From: the human T2T-CHM13v2.0 reference genome, Homo sapiens
Direction: 5' to 3' (one strand)
DNA length: 64,000 bases
Assembly: GCF_009914755.1 (NCBI RefSeq)
Contig: NC_060946.1
The notes under the pieces were generated by a model. That model searched no databases and was not told where the DNA came from. It was given only the letters and a program-made list of their open reading frames with translations. The first letter of the stretch is position 1, and the number at the start of each line of letters is the position of its first letter. Below, piece after piece: positions 1 through 18,260 of this stretch. The translations under genes and the position numbers were made by a program.

Positions 1-870
1 CTTCTGCCTGGGCACTCAGGCTTTCTCATACATCCTCTGAAATCTAGGTGGAAGCTGCCACCTTTATTCCTGCATTCTGTGTGCCCACAGGTTTAACACC
101 ACATGGAAGCCACCAAGGCTTATGGCTTGTATTCTCCAGAGTGGTGGCCCAAGCTATACCTGGGGCCTTTGAGCTACAGGCGGAGCTGCAGCAGCTGGTA
201 TGTGGGGAGCAGTGTCCATAGGCTGAGGAGTGTCCTGGGCCTGGCCCCTCAAACCATTCTTTCCTCCTAGGCCTCTGGGCCTGTCATGGGAGGGGCTGTC
301 TCCAAGATCTCCCAAATGCCTTTGAGGCCTTTGTTCCATTGTCTTGGATATTAGCACTTGGCTCCCTTTTAGTGATGATAATCTCTCTAGCTAATGGTTG
401 CTCCCCAGCCTGCTTGGATTCTTTCCCTGCCACATGGCCAGGCTGCAAATTTTCCAAAATTTCATGCTCTGCTTCCCTTTTAAATATGAGCTCCAACTTT
501 CCTTTGCTCCAATATATGATCATTGGCTGTGACAAGCAGGCAGGCCACCTCTTGAATGCTTTGCTACTTAGAAATTTCTTCTGCCAGTTACCCTAGGTCA
601 TTACTCTTAAGGTGTCTTTACAGCAATGCCCTGCTTCTTGGTACCAGTTTTCTGTGTTAGGCTACTTTTGCGGTGTTTATAAAGGAATACCTGAGGACGG
701 GTAATTTATAAAGAAAAGAGGTTGAATTGGCTCATGGTTGTGCAGGATGTACAGGAAGTGTCGTGTTGGTCTCTGCTAGGTTTCTGGTGAGGCCTCAGGG
801 AGCTTTTACTCATGGTGGAAGGTGAAGCGGGAACAGGCATGTCACATGTTGAGAGCAGGAGCTAGAGAGC
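1..870 (-). mobile_element. MST/THE1-type ERVL-MaLR: internal region (1-652) plus truncated LTR (653-~870)
   Basis: LTR hallmark 'gggtaatttataaagaaaagagg...catggtggaaggtgaag' joined to the typical internal junction 'cagcaatgccc...ggtaccagttttc'. Confidence 0.85.
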
Positions 871-1239
871 TGTATTTCTTTTGAAAACATATTCTTTGAT
901 TTATTTATAGTTTAAGATAAGCTTGAAAAATATATACTTGGTTTAAACAATCATACCCATTTCCTATTGTGGTTTTCTACTTCCTTATTTGTAAGATTCC
1001 CATATATTAACCCTTTGTCAGACATAGCACATATATTTTGTCCAATTAAAACATTTTTTTTGACAAACAAGTAAACATTTTAAGTTGTCAAATCCACCAG
1101 TTTCTCTCAACATGGCCTTTGGTGTTGTAGTGGATATTGGGATTGTTCCTGGATATTGGGATTCTAACCCTCCCTTGTTGGGCAGCAGCCACAAAATTTG
1201 GAAGGATTGACTCTCATTGCCAGCTACAATGGAGCATCT

Positions 1240-1662
1240 GCCAGGTGACAGGTCCCCAAATGACACTGGATGACCCAGCTCTTCCCCCTCTTGCTTAGAA
1301 TTTTTGGGCAGAATATACAGAGGTTGCAACATCCTGAGATAAGGTGGAACTGTCCCGAACAGCTCAGGCTTTGTGCTCATCTCCCCTAGATCAGGATGTC
1401 CTGCAATGCTGTAGCCCAGTGGACCCAGTTGCATTTGGGGTAGAGAACCCAGAGTAGAGTGTGCTTTTCACGCCCCTCAGCTGTGGTGTGAAGTGGGGGC
1501 ACCTGCAGACAACACTCTAGTGCCCTGGGTAGCTTTCCTGATTGCTGGTGGACTGGCTCGCCATGGATCCTAGGCTTGGGTTGATGTTTGGGGCCTCTCT
1601 GTGAATAATAAAGTTGCTTTGTCTGACGTGTTTTGCAGGTGTTCTGTTTTACCAGACTAGAC
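1240..1662 (+). mobile_element. MER54-like ERVL LTR
   Basis: Recognised blocks 'gcaacatcctgagataagg', 'caggatgtcc', 'cccctcagctg', 'atcctaggctt', AATAAA; boundaries approximate. Confidence 0.65.
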
Positions 1663-1681
1663 ATTAAGAATGCAGTGGGTA

Positions 1682-2036
<355 letters not shown>

Positions 2037-2620
2037 TCAAGAACCCTTGCAGAACTCTGGCTGCTGGGTTTGTGCAAAGCCTCCTGGCAGTCTTAGGAAA
2101 CTCAGCAGAAATTGGTGAGGTGTTTAAGTGTGCTCTCCTGGAATTGGTAAGCAATGTATAGTGCTCCCTTCCCGGGGACTGATACTAGTTCACAGTATTT
2201 CTGCTCTCTAGCATCCTGACTAGAGGTAAGCACATGATCCCAGGGGCCCAACAGAGGCATCCTGTGACCTCAAGGGGAAGTTGTCCTTGGCAAAGACTTA
2301 AGAGACTGACAGAAGGAGACAGGCCCCTTGGGTCATTGTTGAGCTGCTGTATCAGCCCTTCTCCAAACCTTCTGAGCTACTTCTGGGCTTTTTCATTAAC
2401 CAACTAATTCCCTTTGTAGTATAAGCTAATTTGAGCTGAACTTTGTCATTCTTGCAACCAACAGCACCCTAACTCATCCTGACTTAGTGTCAGGAAATGG
2501 CACGTTGCTAGTCCCTGTAATATAAAAATGGCTGAAAGGAGTTGGGGAAGGGGGCAGTGAAGACGACGCCTGCCTCTCGCGGTGTGAAACTGGGGACCTT
2601 TGCTATATGCCGTCTATTAT

Positions 2621-3110
2621 TGTGGTAGGCTGAATAATGAACCCCTGAAGATATACCAGGACTTAATCCTGGGACCTGCAAATGTTACCTTAAATGGCCA
2701 AAGGGAGTTTGCAGGTGTGATTGAGCTAAGGGCCGGGTGATGGGGAGATCAGCCTGGACCGGATTATCCAGTGGGCCTGACGTGAGGTCAGAGGGATCTA
2801 GGAGGAATCGGAAGGAGAGAAGATGATGTGATGATGGCAGTAGAGATTAGAGTGATCTGCTTTCCAGACAGAGGAAGGAGTGTCGGCCAAGGAATGTTAA
2901 GTGGCCTCTAGAAGCTGAAAAAGGTAAGAAACTGACTCTCCCCTAGAACCTCCAGAAGGGGGCAGCCTTGCTGACGCTTTGAGTTTAGTGCAGTGAAGTG
3001 CTAAGACTTTGGACTTCTGACCTCCAGGATTGTAGGAGGGTAAATGTGTATTGTTTTCAGCCGCTAAGTCTGCAGCATTCTGCCAACAGCAGCCTTAGGA
3101 AACCAATACA
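2621..3110 (+). mobile_element. MLT1D-like MaLR solo LTR
   Basis: Starts tgtggtaggctgaataatg, ends aggaaaccaataca, internal 'ctagaagctg'. Confidence 0.85.
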
Positions 3111-3347
3111 GATAGAACAGTCAGCTTTTTACTTTGGGGCACAGGCTCGGTGCCTATGGACGGTACAGCACCAGGAAACTTAGGAGGCAGAACCCACCAA
3201 GTGGGAGTGTGGCAGCTCACTCAGTAAGGTCCTGTGAGAGATATTCTAAGCCCGGAGCAGGCCATCTGAAAGCAAAGAAAGCAGAAAACACTTCCCGAGG
3301 AACCCAAATGGCATTGCAAATCCAGCCATCCTGAAATACTATCCCAA

Positions 3348-3654
3348 TTTTTTTTTGTTTGTTTTTTTGAGGCAGGGTCTCACTGTTTTCTAGGCTGGAG
3401 TGCAGTTGTGTGATCCTAGCTCACTGCTGCCTTGAACTTCTGGGCTCAAGTGATCCTCCTGCCTCAGTCTCCTAAGTAGCTAGGACTAAGAGTGTTTACC
3501 ACCATGACTGGCTAAAAGAAAAAAAAAAAAGTTTCACAGAGATGGGGTCTCCCTATGTTGCCCAGGCTAGTGTTGATCTCCTGGTCTCAAGTGATCCTCT
3601 CGCCTCAGCCTCCCAAAGTACTGGTATTATAGGTGTGAGCCACTGTGCCTGGCC
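3348..3654 (-). mobile_element. AluJ-like SINE
   Basis: Antisense Alu dimer with 'gggctcaagtgatcctcc'. Confidence 0.9.
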
Positions 3655-3928
3655 TGCTGCACTTTTGTTTGCCTTATCATGTAGTTCAATGTAGCTCAGT
3701 GCATAGCACAGTTCAAACTCAATAACTATATTTTAATGTATTATGAAACATTTTATACATGTAAAAACTCATAAAGAATATAACCAACACCTGAATATAG
3801 CCCATCTGCCTTAGGAAACAAAGCATAATAGCACAATTGATCCGCTATGAATGAATTCCTTCCTGTTCACAGTCCCCACCTGTACCTATAGGCAACCACC
3901 CTCCTGAATTTATCTTTTACCATTCTGG

Positions 3929-4093
3929 TTTTTTTTTTTTTTTTTTGAGATAGGGTTTGGCACTATCGCCAAGGCTGGAGTGCAGTGACATGATCACAGC
4001 TTGCTGCAGCCTCAAACTCCTGGGCTCAAGGGATCCTCCTGCCTCAGCCTCCTAAAGTGCTGCGATTACAGGCATGAGCCACCATACCTGGTC
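3929..4093 (-). mobile_element. Alu monomer (FLAM/FRAM-like)
   Basis: T-tail followed by a single Alu arm. Confidence 0.8.
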
Positions 4094-5363
4094 GCATTCT
4101 CATCCTTTAAAAGAAAATAGTACTAAATGGTATCATACCATGTGAATTAATATTCAACTTTTTCTCATTCAACACTGTGGAGTCAGGTGCGGTAGTGCTT
4201 GCATCTGTACTCAGCTACTCAGGAGGCTGAGGTGGATCACTTGAGCCCAGGATTTTGTGGCCAGCCGGGGGAACATAGTAAGCCCCATTTCAAAAACAAC
4301 CCCACAGTTTGCAAAATTCATTTATGTTGATGTATGCAACTAATGTATTCATTTTTACTAACTTATGGTATTCTACTGCATAACTGTGTAGATTATCGAT
4401 TCTGCCATAGATGGCATTTTGGTTGCTTCTCCCCCAGACCCCAACTACCACTAGAAGCAACGTTGCACTGAACATTCTTGTGTTTGCACGCATAGGCAAG
4501 GTACTCTAGAGCACATACCAAGAGTGGAATTGCTAAGTTATAGAGTATCTTTGCTAGAAATTGCTAAGTGGCCATCCAAAGTTAGTGAATGAACGTACAC
4601 TCCTACTGGCAGTGCAAGAGAGTTCTGCTCTGCTCACAAATCCACATCCTTATTAAGTTTGGTAAAGACAGGTTTTTAAGTTTTTGCCAATCTGTTAAGT
4701 GTAACATGGTATGTCCTTAGTTTTAATTTGCATTGCTGCTCAATACTTGTTGCAAAAATGAATAAAAAATGTTCCATTCCATACCTCTGGGATTTGAGAA
4801 TCTGTCCCAATTCCTAGGTCCCATATGTAGACTCCAACATCTGTATTACTTTGGCTTTCAAAACTGGCCTTCTACTCAGACTTTCTTTTTCCATCTTCAC
4901 GTTTCTGTTGTGATCCTAGTAATCCTTTGCTTAGCTGGTTTTGAAGCCTTCAAGTCAATCTCAGCCTCACTCCTTCGCCTGAAAACAGTAGCTAGCAAAG
5001 TATACGGTAAGCTATAAAAAGCACCCGGATCTAAGGTGTAACCAGTCACTAAGTGCTGCCAGTTTTTCCTCTGTCAATTGTTTCAGTTCTTCCTTCCTTT
5101 CCCCTTCCATCAGGTTAATCCTGCTGTCACCTCGCTCACTGGTTCTTGCAATAAGCCAGACTGAGCTGGAAAGAACCGCCATGGTCCTCAGTGTTGTCTG
5201 TAGGGGACCTCACTGTCTGAGGCTGTCAGGGCTCTGTCAGGAGGAGACCCCTGGGGCCTTCTGAGCCCTACTAGGAGAGGATTCTAGGAGAGTAGGACGC
5301 CTTGCACATAGTAAGTACTAAGTCAATGTTACTTACCAGTAAATGAAGAGGCATGGGAAATTG

Positions 5364-5480
5364 TTATTATTTTTGAGACGGAGTTTCGCTCTGTCGCCCA
5401 GCCTGGAGTGCAGTGGCACGATCTGGGCTCACTGCAAGCTCTGCCTCACGGGTTCACGCTATTCTCCTGCCTCAGCCTCC
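5364..5480 (-). mobile_element. 5'-truncated AluY-like element
   Basis: Right-arm fragment flanked by TSD gggaaatt(g/c)tt. Confidence 0.85.
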
Positions 5481-5654
5481 AGGGAAATTCTTAATCAGAA
5501 AATATGTCTTAGATTTTTGTTTTAAAAGAGAACTGGCAGGAGCTCCAAATACACTAAAGCTCCAGTCTGAAATGACAGTCCCTGAGCATTCAATCTTTGG
5601 TCTAAGAAGCACAGAAATGTAATGCAAACCAGACACGGTTTTTTTAGTGATTTT

Positions 5655-5657
<3 letters not shown>

Positions 5658-5687
<30 letters not shown>
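5658..5687. repeat. (CA)n microsatellite
   Basis: Direct reading. Confidence 0.95.
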
Positions 5688-5692
<5 letters not shown>

Positions 5693-5839
5693 AAGATCTA
5701 GTCATAACGTGTGCACCTGCAGTTCCAACTACTGGGGAGGGTGAGGCAGGAGGATCACTAGAGGGCAGGAGTTCGAGACTAGCCTGGGCAACATAGCAAG
5801 ACACCCACCCCCAGTCCCCCCCGGAAAAAAAGAATAAAA

Positions 5840-6050
5840 AAGGTAAAAATAATTTTAAAAAGAGTAAAAGGAATGTAAAAATAATTTTAATGCATTTTAT
5901 TTAATCCAATACATTAAAAATGTTACCTAACATGCAAACAATATACAAATTATTTTATACGACGTCTTTGGAATCCTGTATTTTACACGTAAAGCGCATC
6001 TCACTCCGGACTAGCCAGGTTTCAAGCACGTGATAGCCGCACAAGGCTGG
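5840..6050. mobile_element. MER33-like hAT-Charlie DNA transposon fragment
   Basis: 'ttttatttaatccaata...tattttacac...catctca...ggactagcca...tttcaag...atagcc' matches recalled MER33. Confidence 0.7.
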
Positions 6051-6239
6051 AACCCAGGCCTGGGGAATTAATTCTTGTCCTCGGTGCTCAAACCATTCTT
6101 CCCTTCAAGCCTGGCCTAATCCCCAGTCTCTCTCATCTCTTCGAATACGCTCCGCGGTTATGCCCCTCACCTCACTGCACTGCAAATATTTCGTCCACTG
6201 AGTATTTGCTGATCGTCACTCAGTGCCGGGTGACCCAGC

Positions 6240-7030
6240 TTGACCAGCACCCGCAGCCGCCCTGCCACTGTTGGGCCGGGTATGGTGTGTCTGGCTTCCC
6301 TCTGTTCTGGGCCGGCTCCGAAACGCGCTCAAGAGAAATCGGAATCAGACACGGGGCAGTTCAGCTTTGGAAATGAGGAGCTCGAGGCTCCTGGGAGTCC
6401 GTTGCGGGAAGGTGGGCGCCGCTGTTGTGTCGGGAGAGCCAGGAGCGACAGACTCAAACTCAGAAACCCAACCACCTCCGCTCCCTCCGCGATGCGTGTA
6501 ACGTGCGTTGCGCGGCGTCGCCCTTTAATAACGACGGGCGCTCGGAGTGCTGCGTCACTCGCCACCAGGGACTTAGGCGGGACTTCCGGGCGCGCGTAGG
6601 CACAACTTCCGGAAGGAGGCGGAAGAGCTTCTCGGCTCTAGGCTCTGGAGTCCCGGGAGCAGTGAGGGGCCACCCGGGGCACAGGAAAGGGCCGCTAGGG
6701 GAGGGCCGGGTGCACTCGGGGTGTCTGGGCCGCGGGTCTGAGGGATGAGGAGGGGCCATGGCCAGCGACGGGGCCAGGAAGCAATTCTGGAAGCGCAGCA
6801 ACAGCAAGCTCCCGGGCAGGTGGGTGTGCCGCGGAGGGCCAGGTCGGGGTCAGGGGTCAGAGGTCAGGTGGCCGCGTTGGCCTCCTGGGCTGCGGGTGGA
6901 GTCGGGGGTCTGGAGAGGGCAACTTGGACTCTGAGGAGACTGCTGGATGGTGTGACGGGCGTTGGGGGGCTCGGAGGTCGGAGCGTGGGGTCTGGGGGTG
7001 ACAGTGGCTGCACGTAGGATCGAGGCTTGC
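6240..7030. promoter_or_regulatory. CpG-island promoter of TBC1D22A with ETS (GABPA/ELK-type) sites, GC box and CRE-like site
   Basis: Dense CpG; ACTTCCGG 6582-6589, palindromic CTTCCGGAAG 6606-6615, GCGGAAG 6619-6625, TGCGTCA 6551-6557, GGCGGG 6576-6581; directly upstream of exon 1 ATG. Confidence 0.9.
6758..6819 (+). CDS. TBC1D22A: TBC1 domain family member 22A, coding exon 1 (MASDGARKQFWKRSNSKLPG, phase 2)
   Basis: Strong Kozak gccATGg, donor AG|gtgggt, peptide recognised as the TBC1D22A N-terminus, in frame with exon 2. Confidence 0.96.
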
Positions 7031-7363
7031 AAGGACGAGGAGGAGCTATTGGCGTTTTTCCTGACACTGGCAGGCTTCTTTCCGAGAAACTCCTGGGCTC
7101 CTTGGGGAGGCTGGAAGGAACTGATTCGGGTCATGCTGTGAAGTTTGGTGGAGTCCGGAAGCTGGCCGGGCTGAGGCCCCCCGTCTGCTGGGTGGATCAG
7201 TTTCTGCAGGGGGTGTGGTGTTTTTGACCCACTTGATTTGCCTGTGGTCTCTTGAGGGCTGCGGCTCTTGCCTTGAGCATAGAAGAGGACTAGAGTTTCC
7301 CTGTGAGTTTCCATGTTTCTGCTTGCTGGTCTCAAAACCACCTCCTATGTTGTGTTAGCAGGA

Positions 7364-7365
<2 letters not shown>

Positions 7366-7395
<30 letters not shown>
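7366..7395. repeat. Poly-T tract (~30 nt)
   Basis: Direct reading. Confidence 0.95.
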
Positions 7396-7779
7396 CTTCG
7401 GCTGGAATGACCTGGGTACACCCTAGATGCTATACAGCTCCAGAGCTCCAGAGTCCTTGTCTGATTGCTGTGGCGCTGAGCTATGCCAGGGCCCTAGGGA
7501 ATGAGACATTACGTGGAGGGTACCTAGGATAAAATCAGCCACTGGTGAAAACAGATCAGAGATAAGCAAACGTCAAGATTTCAGAACATAGTTCTGTTCC
7601 AAAGCTGAAGTCTGGAATGCTGAAAATTATGAATTGTGTTACGAAGATAAGTCTGAGTAGAATCATTCATAAACACAGTAAAATGGTTTGTACTCCTGTT
7701 TCATAATAAATATTATTGTTTGAGTGTTTGAATGATAAACTTTGGAATTTACTGCATCCAGTTAGAAAAGTTTACTTTT

Positions 7780-8079
<300 letters not shown>

Positions 8080-8520
8080 TTACTTTTAAGAGTGATCTGG
8101 GGGTTAGCAGCGTGAGTTACTGACAGCTCAGACAGTGGCTTTGAGAATGAAGGGAGTCATCAAAGGTGGCCGGAGACCCTATTCGACTCCACAGGACCGT
8201 GCTTGATTCGAGAACAGTAAGACCTTTCAACAAAACCAGTGTCAGGGTCCAAGGTGAGTGAAGATTCTGGAATGGTGGTGGGTAGGAGGTCCTGGTAGTG
8301 ACAGGAACAAATGCTGTAGAACATAAGAGTCCAGGGAAGAGGAGCCACATGACAGTGTAACTTTTATGTGTTACTTTTAGGTCTTAAGGTTTTGGTTCCT
8401 CATCAGTCTAAACTCTAATTCTTAATCAGCTTAGATGTAAGAATAACAGAGCTGCTGTGTGGAGTTACAGCAGTGACTCAACCTTTGGATTGAAGGCTGT
8501 GGCTCTTGGTAATTTGTCCT

Positions 8521-8958
8521 TATACTGAGTTGAATTTATGTCCATCTGGAAACTATGGATGTGACATTTGGAAATAGGGTTTTTGCACAAGTAATCAAGG
8601 TAAAATGAGGTCATACTGGATGAGGGTGGGCCTTAGTTCGTCAACTAGTATTTTTATAAAAAGAGGGAAATTTGAATACAGAGAGACACACACAGGGAAA
8701 TGGCCCTATGGAGACAGAAACAGAGATTGGAATAGTACATTTACAAGCCAAGGAAAGCCAGGGGTTGCTGGCAGCCACCAGAAGCTAGAAGAGGCAAGGA
8801 AGGATGCTCACCTAGAGACTTGACAGAGAGCATGGCCCTGCAGATGACCACTTGATTTTGGGTTTTTGGCGTTTAAAACTGAGAGAGAATAAGTGTCTGT
8901 TGTGTTAAGCCATTCAGTTGGTGGTAATTTGTTATGGCAGCCACAGGAGACTAATACA
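8521..8958 (+). mobile_element. MLT1B/C-like MaLR solo LTR
   Basis: 'atttggaaatagggt...gccaccagaagctag...ggagactaataca'. Confidence 0.85.
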
Positions 8959-9304
8959 GTCTCCAGCTTTCTTCTGTGTGAACCTGAAATACCGAACACC
9001 AGCTTTCCTTTTCCTCTGACTTTGATGCTATTCTGTGTCTTAGGCACTTTTGAGAGCAGCTTCTGTATTACCTTTGTGAAGTTGGAGTCTTGGAGAGTTC
9101 GAGGCTGTCACTGAAGAGGGCAGAAGAAGAAGGAGAGGTTGGGTGCACCAGGAAGGCCTGTGAAGCCTCTGTGTCTCCCATCCGTCTTGTGGCTCAAGCC
9201 TCTGGCAGTGCTGCTCTTTCAGGTGGCAGGCTGGAACTCTTCCCTGAAGGAGGAGTCACAGAGGGGTGCCCGTTTTCCTATCAGTAGTGGTGATTGGTCA
9301 CTAG

Positions 9305-10793
<1,489 letters not shown>

Positions 10794-11394
10794 CACACCT
10801 CCTGTTTTTATGCAGCCTGAACTAAAGTCCCCCTTTTTTGCATCAAACTCAGTGTTGTTGGTGCCTCTGGCTTCCTGTTCTCCCTGGTATGTGCTTGCTT
10901 TCACTAGTGAGATCCACAGGTTTAGGAAAAGTATCTTTCTCATTCTTGCATTGTCAGTACCGATACCTGGTGTTTATTCCGAACTATCTCCTCGATTAGC
11001 CTGGAGAGTGAGTGGTTTGGCCAGGGCTATAAACTGCAGGAGAGGTGGTCTTGCTGGTAGACCCTCGGTTTATGCACACCCTGGTCCTTAGGTTGCATAT
11101 GTGGCTGACGCTTTCCTAGAAACTTTGTTTCTGGATGAGCCAGGATGTGTGGTGTGGTAGATAGACCCTCCTAGTCAGAGGACTAGGAGTTGGTGGTCCA
11201 GATTTTAACTTTCTTTTTCCGGTAGTGGTCTTCACCAAGTTACCTCTGGGGCCATCAGTGTCTGTATCTGTAGCACAAAGCGGTTGAGTTTGGTTTAAGT
11301 AGCTATGGCAAATGGGGAGATATCTTTGGCTTAGCACGATTCTCTTTGAGGAGAAAAGAATGGGCTTCTTGGACCAGTTTAGAGAATTTGATGA

Positions 11395-12588
<1,194 letters not shown>

Positions 12589-12767
12589 TTAAAAATGCCA
12601 AGACAAAATCACAGCACACTGGGCTTGAGAACACAGGCAGTCTTTCAGTGTGGGTCTGATGTTTGCTATTTTAGCTCAGCTCCGCCTGGCAGGGTGTGGT
12701 CTGCTGACAGAGGGTATGCAGGCAGCTGGGGTATGTGGAGTATGACGTTTGAAAGTGGCATGGTGGT

Positions 12768-13073
12768 GGCTGGGCGCTCTGGCTCATGCCTGTCATCTCA
12801 GCACTTTGGGGGGCCCAGGCGGGTGGATCACCTGAGGTCAGCAGTTCGAGACCAGCCTGACCAACATGGTGAAACCCCGTCTCTACTAAAAATACAAAAA
12901 ATAGCTGGACATTGTGGCAGGCACCTATAATCCCAGCTACTCAGGAGGCTGAAGCAGGAGAATCATTTGAATCTGGGAGGTGGAGGTTGCAGTGAGCTGA
13001 GATCGCGTCACTGCACTCTAGCCTGGGCGACAGGGCAAGACTCTGTCTCAAAAAAAAAAAAAAAAAAAAAAAA
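12768..13073 (+). mobile_element. AluS SINE
   Basis: Full dimer, degenerate TSD gaaagtg..atggt. Confidence 0.95.
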
Positions 13074-13916
13074 GAAAGTGTTATGGTAGCAAGAAAGGCC
13101 CAAATTGAGCATGGCAAGGATGTGAGTGCTGGGATAAAGCTGGAGCACAAGAGGGTTCTTAGTGATGTGGCTCTGACAGCCTTCAGCTTACATTGCCAGA
13201 GCCACGAGATGTCTGTGAGCAAATCAGACGGTCGGCTGAATAGGCCACAGTCCGTCCTCAGCCGAAGGAGAGGCACTGTTGGGGATAATGAATTCATTTG
13301 GAAAACGTTTACGAGCTCCTCTCCTGTGCCAGGTGCTGTGGTGCGTGCTGAGCAAGCCATGTGGCTCTTCACGGCTGGACGCCTGCCCTGTGAACACATG
13401 CGCACAGACTGCAGTGCTGGGCAGGTGGCAGTCCCGGGACCCTGGCAGAGTAGCAAGGCCCTCACTGGGTGGAATGCTCATGTCCTCCTTACACAGGTCC
13501 CGCTTCCGCCGAGACCTGGCTGTACAGCAGGAACCGATCTGGCTGCTGAGGTCAGGGGAGGGTGTATAGGAGTGGGGAGCGCTTGACTGGGGAGGAGGGG
13601 CATGGAGGGTGGTGAGCAGGCACTGGAGCTGCTTCCAAGGCCATGGTGAAGATCTGAGCTGTGGTCCTAAGAGCCATGAGAGAGTGTTGAAGGGTTTTAA
13701 ACAGGGAGGGGTGTGATACTGTGACACTGTTTGTCATCCTTGAAGAGAGGGCGAGAGAGGAAACTGGTGGGCTTCTGAGGAGGCCGAGGCCAGATGCTGT
13801 GGGGTTGGAGAGGATCGGGCATGTTCAGGGTACACATGGCACACTCAGGATTCACTGATGGGCGGGGTGCTGGGGGTCGAGGTGATCTCCAGGGTGCTGG
13901 CCTGAGGGGATGGGAG

Positions 13917-14438
13917 TGTGGTAGGCAGAATACTGGCCCCCTAAAGGTGTCCTCATCCTCATCCCTGACCCCTGTGAATATGTTCTGTTACATGGCAGAG
14001 GGGAATTAAGGTCGCTAATCAGCTGACCTGAAATGGGGGAATTGTCCTGTTACCTGGTGGGCCCAGTGTAACCTCACGAGCTTTTGGACGTGGTCAGAGA
14101 CATGGTGTGGGATGGACTCCACCCACAGCGGCTGGCTTTGCAGATGGAGGAGGCAGCCACCAGGAATGTGGCGCGGCTTCTAGAAGCTGCGAAAGGCCTT
14201 CTGCAGATGGCTAACAGGAGAGCAAGGCCTTGCTCCTGCATCCGCCAGGAGCTGAATTCTGCCGCCAACCGGAGTGAGCAGGAAAGGGGTTCTCCCTTCG
14301 AGCCTCCCGGAAGGGGCACAGCTGGCTGACGCCTGGACTTCAGTGTGATGAGACCCATGCCGGATTTCTGACCTTCAGAACTTCGAGATAGTGAATGCAT
14401 GTTTTAAGCTGTGGTAATTTGTTACAGCAGCTGTGAAG
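13917..14438 (+). mobile_element. MLT1D/E-like MaLR LTR
   Basis: Starts tgtggtaggcagaata, ends gtggtaatttgttacagcagc. Confidence 0.8.
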
Positions 14439-15289
14439 AGTTGGGGACTGTGCCGAGGGATGTCTGACAGGGAATGGCAGGTGGCCCAGCACCTCCCTCA
14501 GCAGAGTCCTGCACTTGGATGTGGGCAGGAGTACCTTGGTCAGCGGCCTTGGGGGTGGTCACTGGGTAACCTCCACAAAGTGTGTTTAAACCCAGGGGAC
14601 TGAAGTCAGCTCGGAGGGTTCTTCCTATGTCCTATGTCCTGCTCAGGCCTAGGAACCAAATAGAGCCCTGCCTCTTTCCTCAGAATGTTGGCTGCTGCTT
14701 CTGGCCGCCTTGCTTTCTTGTGTTTTTTATAAATCTGTATTGCCTTTTGCTTATGTTTTGAAGAGATTGTTTATTGGGTAAGAACCCTCAGTCCTGTTTT
14801 CCATGCAGAGGGAAGCCCCGGAGTCTTGTTCCGGCAGTGATTGTGTGTTCCCCGCCAGTTGGGTTTCTCTTCTTGTTTGTGAGTGGAGATGACCTTCCTG
14901 TGACGGGGGCCGCGGAAGAGCTGGTGGGTGAGATTTTGCTGTAGGTGCAGTTCCTTTTCTTGTTCCTTTCAGCGGTTACTTTCCATGTTATTAAATGTCT
15001 TACTTTGTCCAGAAACACTTTGAAAAATAAATTGAATGTGAATCATATTTCCTTTCTCTTACATATTCGTCTGATAGAGTAAATCTGGACTCTGGGTTAA
15101 TTTTAAATGAAGACAAAAATGATTGATCCCTGACAATTTTGGATTATTTATTTATTTGTTTCTTAAGTAACAAGAGCAGGAGGAAGTACCCCATCGCCTC
15201 CAAGTGTTTTTGAGGAACCATGGGATTCCTCATGGAATTGAGGAGAACAAGTCTTCGGAGACCACTTGTCTGTTTTTCTTTCTGTTTTT

Positions 15290-17365
<2,076 letters not shown>

Positions 17366-17785
17366 TGAAAAGAAGTCATCTCTGTTTTTCTTTCCCTGAA
17401 CGGCCACAGTGTAGCACGGCCTGCCTGTGGCTAGGACAAGGGCAGTGCTCACTTGCAGGGGCCTGTCCTGGCTCTGTGGCCTGAGAGTGACACCTGCCCC
17501 TCCTTTCCTTCTCTGGCAGGCTCAGCGTCTCTGCCCCTCCTCAGCTCAGCCCTTCACCCCCTGAACACAGGCCGTGGAGATCTGCATCGTGCAGTGCTTC
17601 TAGGTGCAGTGGGGAGCCCAGGAACAGGAGCCCGTGTCCTGTCACAGGGTGGGGAATGTCACCGTGCTTGGCCCTGGGAGCACAAGATGACCCACCTGCG
17701 TAGTTCTTTTTCCTGAGGAGTCGGGGAGCGTGTCTGTGTGCGGAGCAGGCTCAGAGCAGGTGTTTCCTGCAGCGCTCAGAACTGA

Positions 17786-18260
<475 letters not shown>

